Of a stretch of 64,000 nt of DNA, positions 10,127 to 18,761 are shown piece by piece (positions within the stretch are counted from its first letter, which is position 1; each line of letters starts with the position of its first letter). The stretch lies in IMG/VR virus record IMGVR_UViG_3300030328_002400, positions 1 through 64,000 of that record. One strand, written 5' to 3'. The notes under the pieces were generated by a model. It did no database searches. It was not told the origin of the DNA and worked only from the letters and a program-made list of their open reading frames with translations. This stretch comes from a virus. Position numbers and translations under genes: made by a program.

Positions 10127-10553
10127 TCTGTTTATTTGTTTGTTCTGTTATTAAATCCTTTATCTTCGTAGTAGACCAGTCATGTGATCTAGTTGTGTAT
10201 ATAACCTTGATATCTAGGTCATCTCCTGTAAACCTCTTAGGCTTACCATTCTTTCCTTCCCACACATAGTCTTCCCCTAGTATTCTTACATCGGGCTCAA
10301 GCCATTGTATAAGATGATAGAGTTCGTCTTCTGTTTGGTATGTATACACCTCATCAATGTAACGTATAGCCATTAAGGCTTTGTAACGCTCATGTAATGA
10401 CAGCACAGGTTTATACTTTGATTTCCTATGCAATGATGGATCACGCTGTAGTAGCACTACGAATCTATCGCAATGCTTCTTAGCCTCCTCAAATGTATAT
10501 ATGTATCCTGGGTGTAGCAAGTCAAAGTTACCTGCTGTGAATCCTGTTATCAT
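10110..10553 (-). CDS. TagD-like cytidylyltransferase (HIGH-superfamily nucleotidyltransferase)
   Basis: GNFDLLHPGY, KPV...ER..L..IRYIDEV, LGEDY, RSHDWSTT. Confidence 0.8.
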   Translation of the reverse strand: MITGFTAGNFDLLHPGYIYTFEEAKKHCDRFVVLLQRDPSLHRKSKYKPVLSLHERYKALMAIRYIDEVYTYQTEDELYHLIQWLEPDVRILGEDYVWEGKNGKPKRFTGDDLDIKVIYTTRSHDWSTTKIKDLITEQTNKQNDTKR

Positions 10554-11614
10554 GATAGAAAGAATGATTTGTTTACAACTGACTGATAGTGAGCATCTGT
10601 AATCTCTCTACGTCTAGGTAGCTCCTTGAACATACCAATCTGGCCTAAGAAACCTAGACCTATTCGTATGTCATCCTCACCATAGCTGTTCTTAATAACT
10701 CTTAGACTTCTAAAGTACTTACTACCAAAGTCATCCTTAAGTTTGTTAAGGTCATAGCCTGATGGATCTTCCACCTTATATCTCATAGGGTCAAACAAGG
10801 CCATACATATGTCTGAATCGTTCTGTGTAGTAGAACTATCAGCAAAGTCTTCCATCTGTGGCTCAACATCACCATTCTTTATCCTAATAGGATTAGATAT
10901 GGACCGGTTGAACTGACTAACAACAACTGGTGAATAACCATAGAAGTCTCGTGCGTACCTAAGCTCATCACTCATCTTATCAATAGCCTGCTTCTTAGTG
11001 GGCTGTGCACTGGTAGTCTTCAATAGACCTATGTGATCCAACACAACTAGTGTTATCTCGTTAGGATCATTAGGTACATATCTCTTGTTATACTGGTCCA
11101 GCTGCTGTATCTCACCACGCTTAAGTGCATAGGCTTTTAGATCTTTAGCAATACCTACAGGGTTCTCGGGCCCATCAATGATAGTAACTATCTCCATGAG
11201 CTCATTCATATAGTCCTCGTACATAAGAAACATATCATGTTCGTCCTTAGTCATAGTAGAAGTCCATCCTAGTAGTTTATTAACAGGAATGATTACTCCT
11301 TGGTCCATAAAGATCTTCCTGCATGTCCACTTAGCTAGCTTGTAAGTCTGACTACGCTCCATAGATCTATACCACACCTTGATTCTTATCCCAGACTCAC
11401 GACCTTCCTTAGATAGGGCCCAGTCTACGGGGTTAAGAACAAATGCATCATCAATAAAGCTAGTCTTACCTGAACCGGTTAGTCCACCAATCAAGTAATA
11501 CATAGACCTACGTATACCAATATATCTGTTGAGTCTGTCGAATCCCATAGGTATCCCACCGTTCCTACCAGCTAGACCTTTGTCTACCTCCTCTTTTAAT
11601 AGTTTAAACCCCAT
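10550..11614 (-). CDS. dnaB: DnaB-like replicative helicase
   Basis: GFDRLNRYI, GLTGSGKT, SME, VLDHIGL, VVSQFNR, IKN.YG motifs. Confidence 0.85.
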   Translation of the reverse strand: MGFKLLKEEVDKGLAGRNGGIPMGFDRLNRYIGIRRSMYYLIGGLTGSGKTSFIDDAFVLNPVDWALSKEGRESGIRIKVWYRSMERSQTYKLAKWTCRKIFMDQGVIIPVNKLLGWTSTMTKDEHDMFLMYEDYMNELMEIVTIIDGPENPVGIAKDLKAYALKRGEIQQLDQYNKRYVPNDPNEITLVVLDHIGLLKTTSAQPTKKQAIDKMSDELRYARDFYGYSPVVVSQFNRSISNPIRIKNGDVEPQMEDFADSSTTQNDSDICMALFDPMRYKVEDPSGYDLNKLKDDFGSKYFRSLRVIKNSYGEDDIRIGLGFLGQIGMFKELPRRREITDAHYQSVVNKSFFLS

Positions 11615-11747
11615 CTCTTTTCTTATTTAGCTCTTTCTTTAATTCCAATTTATGGTATGCTTTCTTCCAGTATATATGTCTTACTGCTTCCCCCAACTGA
11701 TAATTGTTAGGGTACTTCTTTACTAGTTTCTTTAATTTTATTTTCAT
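11604..11747 (-). CDS. small hypothetical protein
   Basis: MKIKLKKLVKKYPNNYQLGEAVR; start ATG 11747 immediately after the upstream stop. Confidence 0.55.
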   Translation of the reverse strand: MKIKLKKLVKKYPNNYQLGEAVRHIYWKKAYHKLELKKELNKKRDGV

Positions 11748-11748
11748 A

Positions 11749-12378
11749 TTATATATCTGTTGACCCACTTGGTGCTGTAGTACCATGATCATCACCTTGT
11801 TCATCAATAAGCTCTACGAATGCTTCATAGGTTCTTTGATTAAGATATGTCAGACTGTTCTGCATATATGTGAGTCTGTTTTGTTTGGTTTTCATAGACA
11901 TCAGTACTTTCTGTTCAATCTCGTACTTCAATGCCTTTATTAGTTGTTCTGCTGTGTAATCTCCTTCAAGTATTATTGCATCAAATTTGATCTTACACGC
12001 TTGTTTGTCTTTACGTAGAGCCCTAGTACCTCTGAACTTTCTACCTTCATATGTAAAGGTATCTGTACCTGGGTATGTCTTCCACCATTCTTCGAATGCA
12101 GTGGCTTGTGGCTTTCTCTTAACAAACTTTCTTTTAGTCTGATCCGGTTGTACAAACTTAAGTAGGTCCTGACCTATAGTTGTCAGCTTGTTCTCATCTT
12201 CAGCTATTAATCCTTTTCTTCTAAGTGATTGATAGATAGCAGAGATACGCATACTATCCTCATACAAGGGTTGTATATCATACTCTGCCTCAATCAACGT
12301 CAGTAAATAAATTATATCTAAACTATAGCTTTTCTTGATGAGCTCCTCGAACTGTTCTGGTGTTATGTGTAGCTTCAT
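11749..12378 (-). CDS. putative replication initiator/helicase loader
   Basis: N-terminal wHTH-like region, FEEWWKTYP motif, YMQNSLTYLNQ; upstream of DnaB. Confidence 0.55.
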   Translation of the reverse strand: MKLHITPEQFEELIKKSYSLDIIYLLTLIEAEYDIQPLYEDSMRISAIYQSLRRKGLIAEDENKLTTIGQDLLKFVQPDQTKRKFVKRKPQATAFEEWWKTYPGTDTFTYEGRKFRGTRALRKDKQACKIKFDAIILEGDYTAEQLIKALKYEIEQKVLMSMKTKQNRLTYMQNSLTYLNQRTYEAFVELIDEQGDDHGTTAPSGSTDI

Positions 12379-12535
12379 CTTTAATTGTTTTTGATAGTTT
12401 AATTATAGCAGGCTTCTGTTTCTGTTCATCTTCCCACTCTTGCCACTCTTTTTCCATTAAGTGTTGTCTCTCGGCAGCATAGAGCTGGTCATTCCCCAGC
12501 TCATGTATCTCCCAGTCCCTCTTAGTAAACCCCAT
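12323..12535 (-). CDS. hypothetical protein
   Basis: 70 aa, TAATG-coupled to the upstream gene. Confidence 0.5.
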   Translation of the reverse strand: MGFTKRDWEIHELGNDQLYAAERQHLMEKEWQEWEDEQKQKPAIIKLSKTIKDEATHNTRTVRGAHQEKL

Positions 12536-12780
12536 TATTTCTTAGGCTTATTCTTGGAACCTTTTGGTCTACCTCTTCTACGTTTAGGTGCTTTACCACC
12601 AACCCATGCTTCATTTACATTAGGTGTAGACTTATCATCAGCTTTGAGTTGCCCCTTTTTATTACGTGCTCTCTTAGGTGCTACGATCTTTTTAGGTTTT
12701 CTGTTACTCCAAAAAGTGTATGTAGCAAACGCAATAATTGCTACTGATGCTAATATAAGTATTATATGTATTGTTTCCAT
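12535..12780 (-). CDS. membrane-anchored basic protein with AT-hook-like C-terminus
   Basis: N-terminal hydrophobic helix; RARNKKGQLKADDKSTPNVNEAW; KRRRGRPKGSKNK. Confidence 0.65.
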   Translation of the reverse strand: METIHIILILASVAIIAFATYTFWSNRKPKKIVAPKRARNKKGQLKADDKSTPNVNEAWVGGKAPKRRRGRPKGSKNKPKK

Positions 12781-12805
12781 ATTTATTGATTTTAAATGTT
12801 AATAA

Positions 12806-13069
12806 TTAATCTTTGATTCTTAATCCAAATTGTGCATTGAACCATTCCAGACAATCTTTGGCCTTGTTAGTGTTAAACTTGAAGACTTTCTTCATTGTCC
12901 TGATAGCATACCTGTTAAACTCAGTACGCTGTTCAGTTGTCATAGTCCAATTGAAATACCACTTGTCATCATCAAGTGTATCAACCAATCGTTTACCAAC
13001 TATATCTAGTTGATACTCAATAAGATGCCTAGTGATATTACTTCTATTTACTTTAGCTCTCTTCTTCAT
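12806..13069 (-). CDS. hypothetical protein
   Basis: 87 aa, ATGA-coupled to the polymerase gene. Confidence 0.6.
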   Translation of the reverse strand: MKKRAKVNRSNITRHLIEYQLDIVGKRLVDTLDDDKWYFNWTMTTEQRTEFNRYAIRTMKKVFKFNTNKAKDCLEWFNAQFGLRIKD

Positions 13070-15030
13070 GCAAATAAATTTAATTGATTAGGTGAGACTT
13101 TTGTTTTAACTCTTTTCCCTCCGCTTCTTATTTTATTTATTATCTTCTCTGCTCTATGTATATAGTATGTATAGTTTATATTATCTAGTTGACTTGCGTC
13201 TGGTAGATAGTTACAAACCGTACACACCCAATCACCTGCTTCTGCCTGTGATCTCTTAACAGCCTTACTTGTTGACTCTTCTTTCCTAACCTTGAATATC
13301 TTCTCACCGGTTTTAGATACATAGTATCTAATAAGTTTATTATATTGAGTTGTTTCAGATGTAGTTCTGTGTATGCCTTCAAAGAAGAAGTCTTTAGAAG
13401 CTTTCTTCCTGATGCAAAAGTCAAACAAGTTAGTGTGCTTTGTTATTGTTTCCCTTACTGGGATACCATTTACATAGTATTGCTCAAGAGCCAGAGGAAC
13501 TATCCTTGCAGATTTGTTCTTATGCAGTTCAAAGTCTGTTAGGAAGTCCCCCTTTTTCTTGATATAGCCATCAGGTGTGACAGCTATGTAATCATTAACC
13601 GTGGAGAATATGATCTTTTCATAATCTGTACGCTCCAGGATGTATTGTGTTGTTTCCTCCCATTGCTTATTAATCTCATGCATCTTAGGTATCAAATCCT
13701 TCTTGATTCTTATTGTAACACCGTCTGTATTTGCAGAGATCACCTTAATGCCATTCATCTCATATTGTTCAATAAGCATCATTAAGCTAAGCTCACCTGT
13801 TATGCAGGTGAACATAGTTAACTGCCTATCATAGATCCATGAAAGCATGTCCGATGATTTCCCATAGACAGAGTTTACCGCAAGCTTCAGTGCACCGATA
13901 ATACCCATAGTCTTAGCATCCTTCACCCCACTTTGTTTTAGCTTTAATCTTTTCTCGTACATCTCTCGATATCCGTGTAAGAATTGCCTCCCCAAGTGTG
14001 CAGGATACTTTGCATTATTAATAATAATAGCAGGATAGTAACTAGCTACATCCCAGTCAATGATTTCGAACTCTTCGTTAGCCTCAAAGACAGATGGTTT
14101 ATTCTCGGTATGCAAGCCACCTCTCATAAAAGAGTAGACTTGTCCGTAGAAATCTATGTGTTCTTTAAAGTCATCTTGGAGTCCAAGTGTTAGTCCTTTG
14201 ATATTCTTGAGGAACTGTTGCAGTTGTTCAGTTTCAAACTTAACATAGTGTGCAATACAGTTCTTGAGAGCTATACTCTTCCTGAAGAAACCTTTACGAG
14301 GTAGTTCTTTAATGTCAATATTCTTTTCATGACAATAATACTTCTTAATGATCTCATCACCTATCTTACTATCTGAATAGTTCAAACACGGTAAGCCAAA
14401 CTCTTCTTGTATGTCAAGTCTCAGCTGTATTTGGTTATTCCCTTTGTATAATGGGTGTTCAGTATCTCCTATAGTGACCTTGTAGAACTCATAGGTTGCA
14501 TCAACATCATTAAAACAGTACTGTAAGGTCTGAAATACTTCATCCTTAGTCATACCAGTCTTTGTGTGATGTATAGGCATCTCTTCGATGTTCTCAAGAT
14601 CCATCTCAAACTCTAGTCTCTTCAAACTAACACGCCTGTTCTTGTTATCATAATGATGTACTTTAAACAGGTCTAGCTGCTGTAATGACAGTTCCCACTC
14701 ACGATACTCCGGAAACACATCATAGTTTGCATCATGTATTACATCAGCAGCTTTTAGTGCAATCTTAGCACAGATCTCTAGTCCAGTTAAGTCATGCCAG
14801 TGTTCGTAGTTTCTGAGTATCCATTCTACTACCTGAGCATCGAAACGTAAGTTATTATAGCCTACCCAATGAGCATCCTTATGCATATCTGTGTACTTCA
14901 CGAAAGCATCTAATTGATTCTGCCATTTACTGACAGTAAAGCTCTTAGGTGTCTTCCCTGGTTCCATGCACACAACTATGAAACACTCCTGCATAGTTTC
15001 TATATCATATATAATTACGTTCTCAATCAT
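13066..15030 (-). CDS. DNA polymerase family B
   Basis: Exo I YDIET, Exo II GYNNLRFD, Exo III YCFNDV; polymerase motifs DWDVASYYP, KLAVNSVYGK, SANTDG; QLNLF clamp-binding-like C-terminus. Confidence 0.9.
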   Translation of the reverse strand: MIENVIIYDIETMQECFIVVCMEPGKTPKSFTVSKWQNQLDAFVKYTDMHKDAHWVGYNNLRFDAQVVEWILRNYEHWHDLTGLEICAKIALKAADVIHDANYDVFPEYREWELSLQQLDLFKVHHYDNKNRRVSLKRLEFEMDLENIEEMPIHHTKTGMTKDEVFQTLQYCFNDVDATYEFYKVTIGDTEHPLYKGNNQIQLRLDIQEEFGLPCLNYSDSKIGDEIIKKYYCHEKNIDIKELPRKGFFRKSIALKNCIAHYVKFETEQLQQFLKNIKGLTLGLQDDFKEHIDFYGQVYSFMRGGLHTENKPSVFEANEEFEIIDWDVASYYPAIIINNAKYPAHLGRQFLHGYREMYEKRLKLKQSGVKDAKTMGIIGALKLAVNSVYGKSSDMLSWIYDRQLTMFTCITGELSLMMLIEQYEMNGIKVISANTDGVTIRIKKDLIPKMHEINKQWEETTQYILERTDYEKIIFSTVNDYIAVTPDGYIKKKGDFLTDFELHKNKSARIVPLALEQYYVNGIPVRETITKHTNLFDFCIRKKASKDFFFEGIHRTTSETTQYNKLIRYYVSKTGEKIFKVRKEESTSKAVKRSQAEAGDWVCTVCNYLPDASQLDNINYTYYIHRAEKIINKIRSGGKRVKTKVSPNQLNLFA

Positions 15031-15220
15031 CTTTAACTTTTTTATAATCTAAATAATCTAAATAAAATCCAATACCAACCACAACATGTAGACCTACACT
15101 AGTTAATATCTCGTATAGGTCATGCCATGTGTGTATAGATAAATGTATGTGGCCCACTATCCAAAAAGGTATAGCAAGCTGTTGACTAATCCATCTAATT
15201 AGAAAGGTTATGAATTTCAT
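15023..15220 (-). CDS. small membrane protein
   Basis: 65 aa with two hydrophobic segments (WISQQLAIPFWIVGHIHLS). Confidence 0.55.
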   Translation of the reverse strand: MKFITFLIRWISQQLAIPFWIVGHIHLSIHTWHDLYEILTSVGLHVVVGIGFYLDYLDYKKVKDD

Positions 15221-15241
15221 TATGTGTCCTTGATTGTACTA

Positions 15242-15258
15242 CAAATTTAACAAATTTA
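15242..15258 (-). promoter_or_regulatory. tandem Bacteroidota-type -7 elements
   Basis: TAAATTTG twice on the minus strand, upstream of the polymerase operon. Confidence 0.45.
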
Positions 15259-15264
15259 GTTATT

Positions 15265-15912
15265 CTACCAAATTTTAAACCCACCACATTCACGTAGAAA
15301 AGAAATAAATCTATCTATGTGTGCCTTACCACAGCTGTGTGATGGATAATATATCTTTGGCTCCTTCTTTTTAGTCTTAGTTTCAATAGGAGCACTAAAT
15401 AAATGGGCTTTGAAGTGGTCATCTTCTAGTTCTATGTCAGTACTAATCATTATCCCGGTGAAGGTAACTTTACCATACGGTAGTTCTTTGTCTAAGATAT
15501 CTTGGATGGATTCAGGTACTAACATACCACTACCATCTCTCCAGGATCCCATGTTAACATAGAGCTCATCAGTTTCGTCTTCAAAACTACCATCAGCTTC
15601 CATTAACTGTTCTAAAGCTTCTACTAATGCATTACACTCTTCTTGCGTCTCTAGTCCTTTACCATCATTAGAGCCCCAGTATTTGAAGTCTATGTCTAGG
15701 TCTGAATTCTGTGCTGCTATTTCGCATAGCATTACTATTGGTCTCCATCCCCACCAATTACTCCTGAAATAGTAACCAGGATTATTGTCTTCAAACTCCT
15801 CTACAAGTTTAAAGAATTCATCTTTAGCTTGCTCTGAGTGTTCTTTTGACCAGTCTATCTCGGGTTTTATACCAACCCATTCTTGTTTTCTACCGTATAT
15901 ATCTACTCCCAT
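15265..15912 (-). CDS. conserved phage hypothetical protein
   Basis: MGVDIY..YFRSNWWGWRP..FISFLRECGGFKIW architecture. Confidence 0.65.
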   Translation of the reverse strand: MGVDIYGRKQEWVGIKPEIDWSKEHSEQAKDEFFKLVEEFEDNNPGYYFRSNWWGWRPIVMLCEIAAQNSDLDIDFKYWGSNDGKGLETQEECNALVEALEQLMEADGSFEDETDELYVNMGSWRDGSGMLVPESIQDILDKELPYGKVTFTGIMISTDIELEDDHFKAHLFSAPIETKTKKKEPKIYYPSHSCGKAHIDRFISFLRECGGFKIW

Positions 15913-15914
15913 AA

Positions 15915-16034
15915 TTATTTGATTTTTTTATATGCTAATTGCATTCGTTTTTCATCGTATATGTATTTATTATTGATTTTAAGCATCCATTTCTGAAAGG
16001 CTTGTCTTCTTTTTACTCTTTCTGATAATCCCAT
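15915..16034 (-). CDS. small basic protein (39 aa)
   Basis: MGLSERVKRRQAFQKWMLKINN...; exactly fills the gap between neighbours; below track cutoff. Confidence 0.5.
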   Translation of the reverse strand: MGLSERVKRRQAFQKWMLKINNKYIYDEKRMQLAYKKIK

Positions 16035-16036
16035 AT

Positions 16037-16273
16037 CTATCTTTTTAAATCCACATCGTTCATCCACTCAAAGTCAGGCTCTGCAAGGTTATCATGAGCT
16101 TGTTTTAGTCGCTCTTCTGATGTTATCTTGCGTGCTCTTACCACTTTAGGTCTTTGAACTTGTATTGTTAATGTTTGCTTGTTGCAGTAGAAGCATGTAT
16201 CTTCCACTTCGTTACTAGTGTAATTAGCCTCACAGCTAGAACAATAGTAATCGTAAAATAATTCTTCACTCAT
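16037..16273 (-). CDS. Zn-ribbon protein
   Basis: CSSC...CFYC; likely start ATG 16273. Confidence 0.55.
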   Translation of the reverse strand: MSEELFYDYYCSSCEANYTSNEVEDTCFYCNKQTLTIQVQRPKVVRARKITSEERLKQAHDNLAEPDFEWMNDVDLKR

Positions 16274-16283
16274 AATTGTTTGT

Positions 16284-16754
16284 TTACTCAGCTTCACCAT
16301 CATCTTCATCAGGTGATAAGCCTCTCAATACAACCAAATCGTCCACATATATGGGTTGTATGAAATTATTGTTTAGTTCTTCCTCGTCTACCAGGATCTC
16401 ACATAGACCATCAAAGTCTTTCATGATAATGTTCATCTCTTTGTAAGTGAACTTCTGGTATTCATCTTCATGACGTGGGTGATCAAAATAGCCTATCTCT
16501 GTAGGACCAGCTATTTGTCTTCCATCATCATCAAGTATGTAAGGGTGGACTGGATATCCAAAGGATTCAGGTATCATAACCCCTCTTTCGAATAGGTCAA
16601 CTGATGTAGAACCAAGTGGAAATACATCCACCTGTTCTTTGTCTGTTCCTGGAAAATGCACATTCATAAATAGTGTGCTTGCTTTTAGTTCTTCTGCTTC
16701 ATAGTGATGGAAAGCTAGTTCTACTGCTATCCACACTGGTATTTGTTCTGCCAT
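16284..16754 (-). CDS. acidic hypothetical protein
   Basis: 156-aa co-oriented ORF. Confidence 0.6.
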   Translation of the reverse strand: MAEQIPVWIAVELAFHHYEAEELKASTLFMNVHFPGTDKEQVDVFPLGSTSVDLFERGVMIPESFGYPVHPYILDDDGRQIAGPTEIGYFDHPRHEDEYQKFTYKEMNIIMKDFDGLCEILVDEEELNNNFIQPIYVDDLVVLRGLSPDEDDGEAE

Positions 16755-16755
16755 G

Positions 16756-16917
16756 TTATTTGTATTTTAAGGTTAAGCCATTTAGATTAAACTCTGTCCC
16801 ACAATAATTACACTCACCTTCTTTGCGTGAGTAATTCATTACAACTCTGCCTTTGAAACATTCGGGACAAAGAATCATGGGCTCTTTGTTGCTTGTCATT
16901 TCATCTGGGTAATTCAT
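16756..16917 (-). CDS. small Zn-ribbon protein (53 aa)
   Basis: MNYPDEM...CPEC...CNYCG; manual translation. Confidence 0.6.
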   Translation of the reverse strand: MNYPDEMTSNKEPMILCPECFKGRVVMNYSRKEGECNYCGTEFNLNGLTLKYK

Positions 16918-16941
16918 TTTGCCTGTTTTAGTTGTTAAACA

Positions 16942-17217
16942 CTATAATAACACGGGCTTCAAACCGTATGGTCTAACATAAGAGTGTCAATAATGGGCTT
17001 ACCGATTAGTGCCATTATCATCCACTCAAATGGTTTTAAGTTATTATAGATTAAAGTTAATATTTAAGCAGTTTGTCTACTTGCTCAGGTATACGCTGTT
17101 GCCAATGTTACTTGACTATATATACAGCCTTTCTAGTATTGTTTAGATTAAGAGTAAGTGGAGGTTGGGACTCGGTAACCCTGCACGCTTCTTTTCCACG
17201 CTTGACCTCCACCACTC
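16942..17217 (-). ncRNA. candidate structured RNA elements
   Basis: ORF-free gap with three foldable units: 10-bp closing stem 16942-16951/17040-17049 with inner stems, a small pseudoknot at 17066-17092, and a 13-bp stem at 17152-17217 with G-U pairing favouring the minus strand. Confidence 0.4.
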
Positions 17218-17234
17218 ATTGATTAAACTACCAA

Positions 17235-17462
17235 TCAATTATCCTCAAGTACTTCTACTGCCTGTTGTTCTATTTCTTCTATTTGTTGGTAGTCTAATAG
17301 ATCTGTGATGTCTGTATCTTCCACAAGTATCTTGTGTGATTCAAACTCAGCTGGTGAACCTGGATAATCATATGTCTGTGCTTCACGTGGTGTGAAGTAT
17401 CCTTCTAGTTCTAAGTATATGCCTCGGTATTTAACTGATACAACTGTGTCATTCTTTCTCAT
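17235..17462 (-). CDS. hypothetical protein
   Basis: 75 aa, TYDYPGSPAE motif common in Bacteroidota phage small proteins. Confidence 0.6.
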   Translation of the reverse strand: MRKNDTVVSVKYRGIYLELEGYFTPREAQTYDYPGSPAEFESHKILVEDTDITDLLDYQQIEEIEQQAVEVLEDN

Positions 17463-17814
17463 TTTCTATGTATATTATTACGTTATCCCACTTGCCACCA
17501 CGCATAGATTCATTCACTAAGAAATCTATTCTATGCTTCCATCGCTTGTTCATTCTGTCTTGTACTGTCCAATAGCCATTCATTGGGCCTGCATTCTCCA
17601 CACATACTCTTGTCCCGAATGTATAACCCAAAGCTTCAAGATCTCTAGACACTGCTATCCATCTATGTCCACCAGGATTATCTTTATCAATAACTCTGTT
17701 GGATGCTGTAATGAATGGTGTGCTATCTGTCTGTGCTGGTACTGCATGATATATCGTTGCTGTCACTGACACTTTTGACGCTATTATTATTAGTAGTAGT
17801 TTTATTGTATTCAT
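17449..17814 (-). CDS. 3D-domain (MltA/RlpA-like) protein
   Basis: ATIYHA..QTDSTPFITAS, WIAVSRDL, VQDRMN, RIDFL; hydrophobic N-terminus. Confidence 0.75.
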   Translation of the reverse strand: MNTIKLLLIIIASKVSVTATIYHAVPAQTDSTPFITASNRVIDKDNPGGHRWIAVSRDLEALGYTFGTRVCVENAGPMNGYWTVQDRMNKRWKHRIDFLVNESMRGGKWDNVIIYIENEKE

Positions 17815-17890
17815 TTCTCGATTTTTTTAGTAGCTTGAGTATCTCCAAGCCTTCGTTTAACCAATGTTTCATAATGTTATGTATTAAAAA

Positions 17891-18069
17891 ATTGACACTC
17901 GTTGGTTATCTTACAGCCTGATGTCCATTTAGTTTAAAGGCAAACTGTGTCAATATGTTATATAAAAGGGCCTTCCACCTGCTCTCCTGCAGCGTTGAGG
18001 TAAGGATCGTAGCAACTTATTGCCTATCCTTCTTGTTATCTAGAATCCACGATTGTTAGTCCAGCCCTT
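17891..18069 (-). ncRNA. candidate structured RNA elements
   Basis: ATTGACAC/GTGTCAAT stem (17891-17954) and AAGGGC/GCCCTT-closed multibranch unit (17966-18069) with AAGGAT/ATCCTT and GCAA/TTGC inner stems. Confidence 0.35.
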
Positions 18070-18083
18070 ATTGTCATTCTATA

Positions 18084-18236
18084 TCAGCATGGTAAATCAA
18101 TTTCACCTTGTGGCCATCCAATATCATCTTCATCATCATAATAGTCATCATCATCGTCATCATTCTTATCTTTAGGAAGAAAGTAATATACTATACATAC
18201 GATAACTATGGTTGCTATGATTCGTTCTATATTCAT
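18084..18236 (-). CDS. small membrane protein with acidic tail (50 aa)
   Basis: MNIERIIATIVIVCIVYYFLPKDKNDDDDDDYYDDEDD... Confidence 0.55.
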   Translation of the reverse strand: MNIERIIATIVIVCIVYYFLPKDKNDDDDDDYYDDEDDIGWPQGEIDLPC

Positions 18237-18238
18237 AA

Positions 18239-18388
18239 TCAATAGCCTAATGTTTCTAATTCATCAGAGTCTGCTTCAACCGTGTACTCTGAGTTCTGTA
18301 TACTGCACATAAAGAACATACCAACAGCCAATGCTGCTAGTCTGAACTTATAAAATGCTGTAGGTAGTAGTTTAATCTTGCGTTTCAT
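18239..18388 (-). CDS. small hypothetical protein (49 aa)
   Basis: MKRKIKLLPTAFYKFRLAALAVG...; tightly packed with neighbours. Confidence 0.5.
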   Translation of the reverse strand: MKRKIKLLPTAFYKFRLAALAVGMFFMCSIQNSEYTVEADSDELETLGY

Positions 18389-18399
18389 AATATTATTAT

Positions 18400-18525
18400 T
18401 TATCTTATTAGTATAAAGAGGAAAGTTACTATCAAACCTATAATAGAGATAGTAACACAGATCATACTAGATGCATACTGTGCTTCTGACCTTCCTTGTC
18501 TGTATTTGTAGTCTTGCTCTGTCAT
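18400..18525 (-). CDS. small membrane protein (41 aa)
   Basis: MTEQDYKYRQGRSEAQYASS followed by a C-terminal hydrophobic helix. Confidence 0.55.
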   Translation of the reverse strand: MTEQDYKYRQGRSEAQYASSMICVTISIIGLIVTFLFILIR

Positions 18526-18710
18526 AATGCTATATATATTTATTTAGGTGTACTAAAATATAAAGTGGGAAAAAGTGGTAAATAGTGCATACTGTCTACA
18601 CTACTGTTTTCGTTTACACGTAAAACATGTAGTAAAACAGCTTATTTGTAGGTATTTGCTTGTTATAGTCCTTTTATAAGGCCCAACCCTATCTTTCCCA
18701 CCCTATATAT

Positions 18711-18749
18711 AGTAAGATGAGAGCGGGATTGCTCCCACTCAAACTTACT
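18711..18749 (-). terminator. GNRA-capped hairpin downstream of 18762-19160
   Basis: Minus strand GAGTGGGA-GCAA-TCCCGCTC (one G-U) extended by AGTAAG/CTTACT; no strong U-tract. Confidence 0.45.
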
Positions 18750-18761
18750 TAACTAACACTA

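Noticed and set aside
99-13834. Plus-strand ORFs over the left arm (99, 1709, 2671, 4276, 12461 and others)
   Set aside because: Antisense to well-supported minus-strand genes, with no recognisable motifs.
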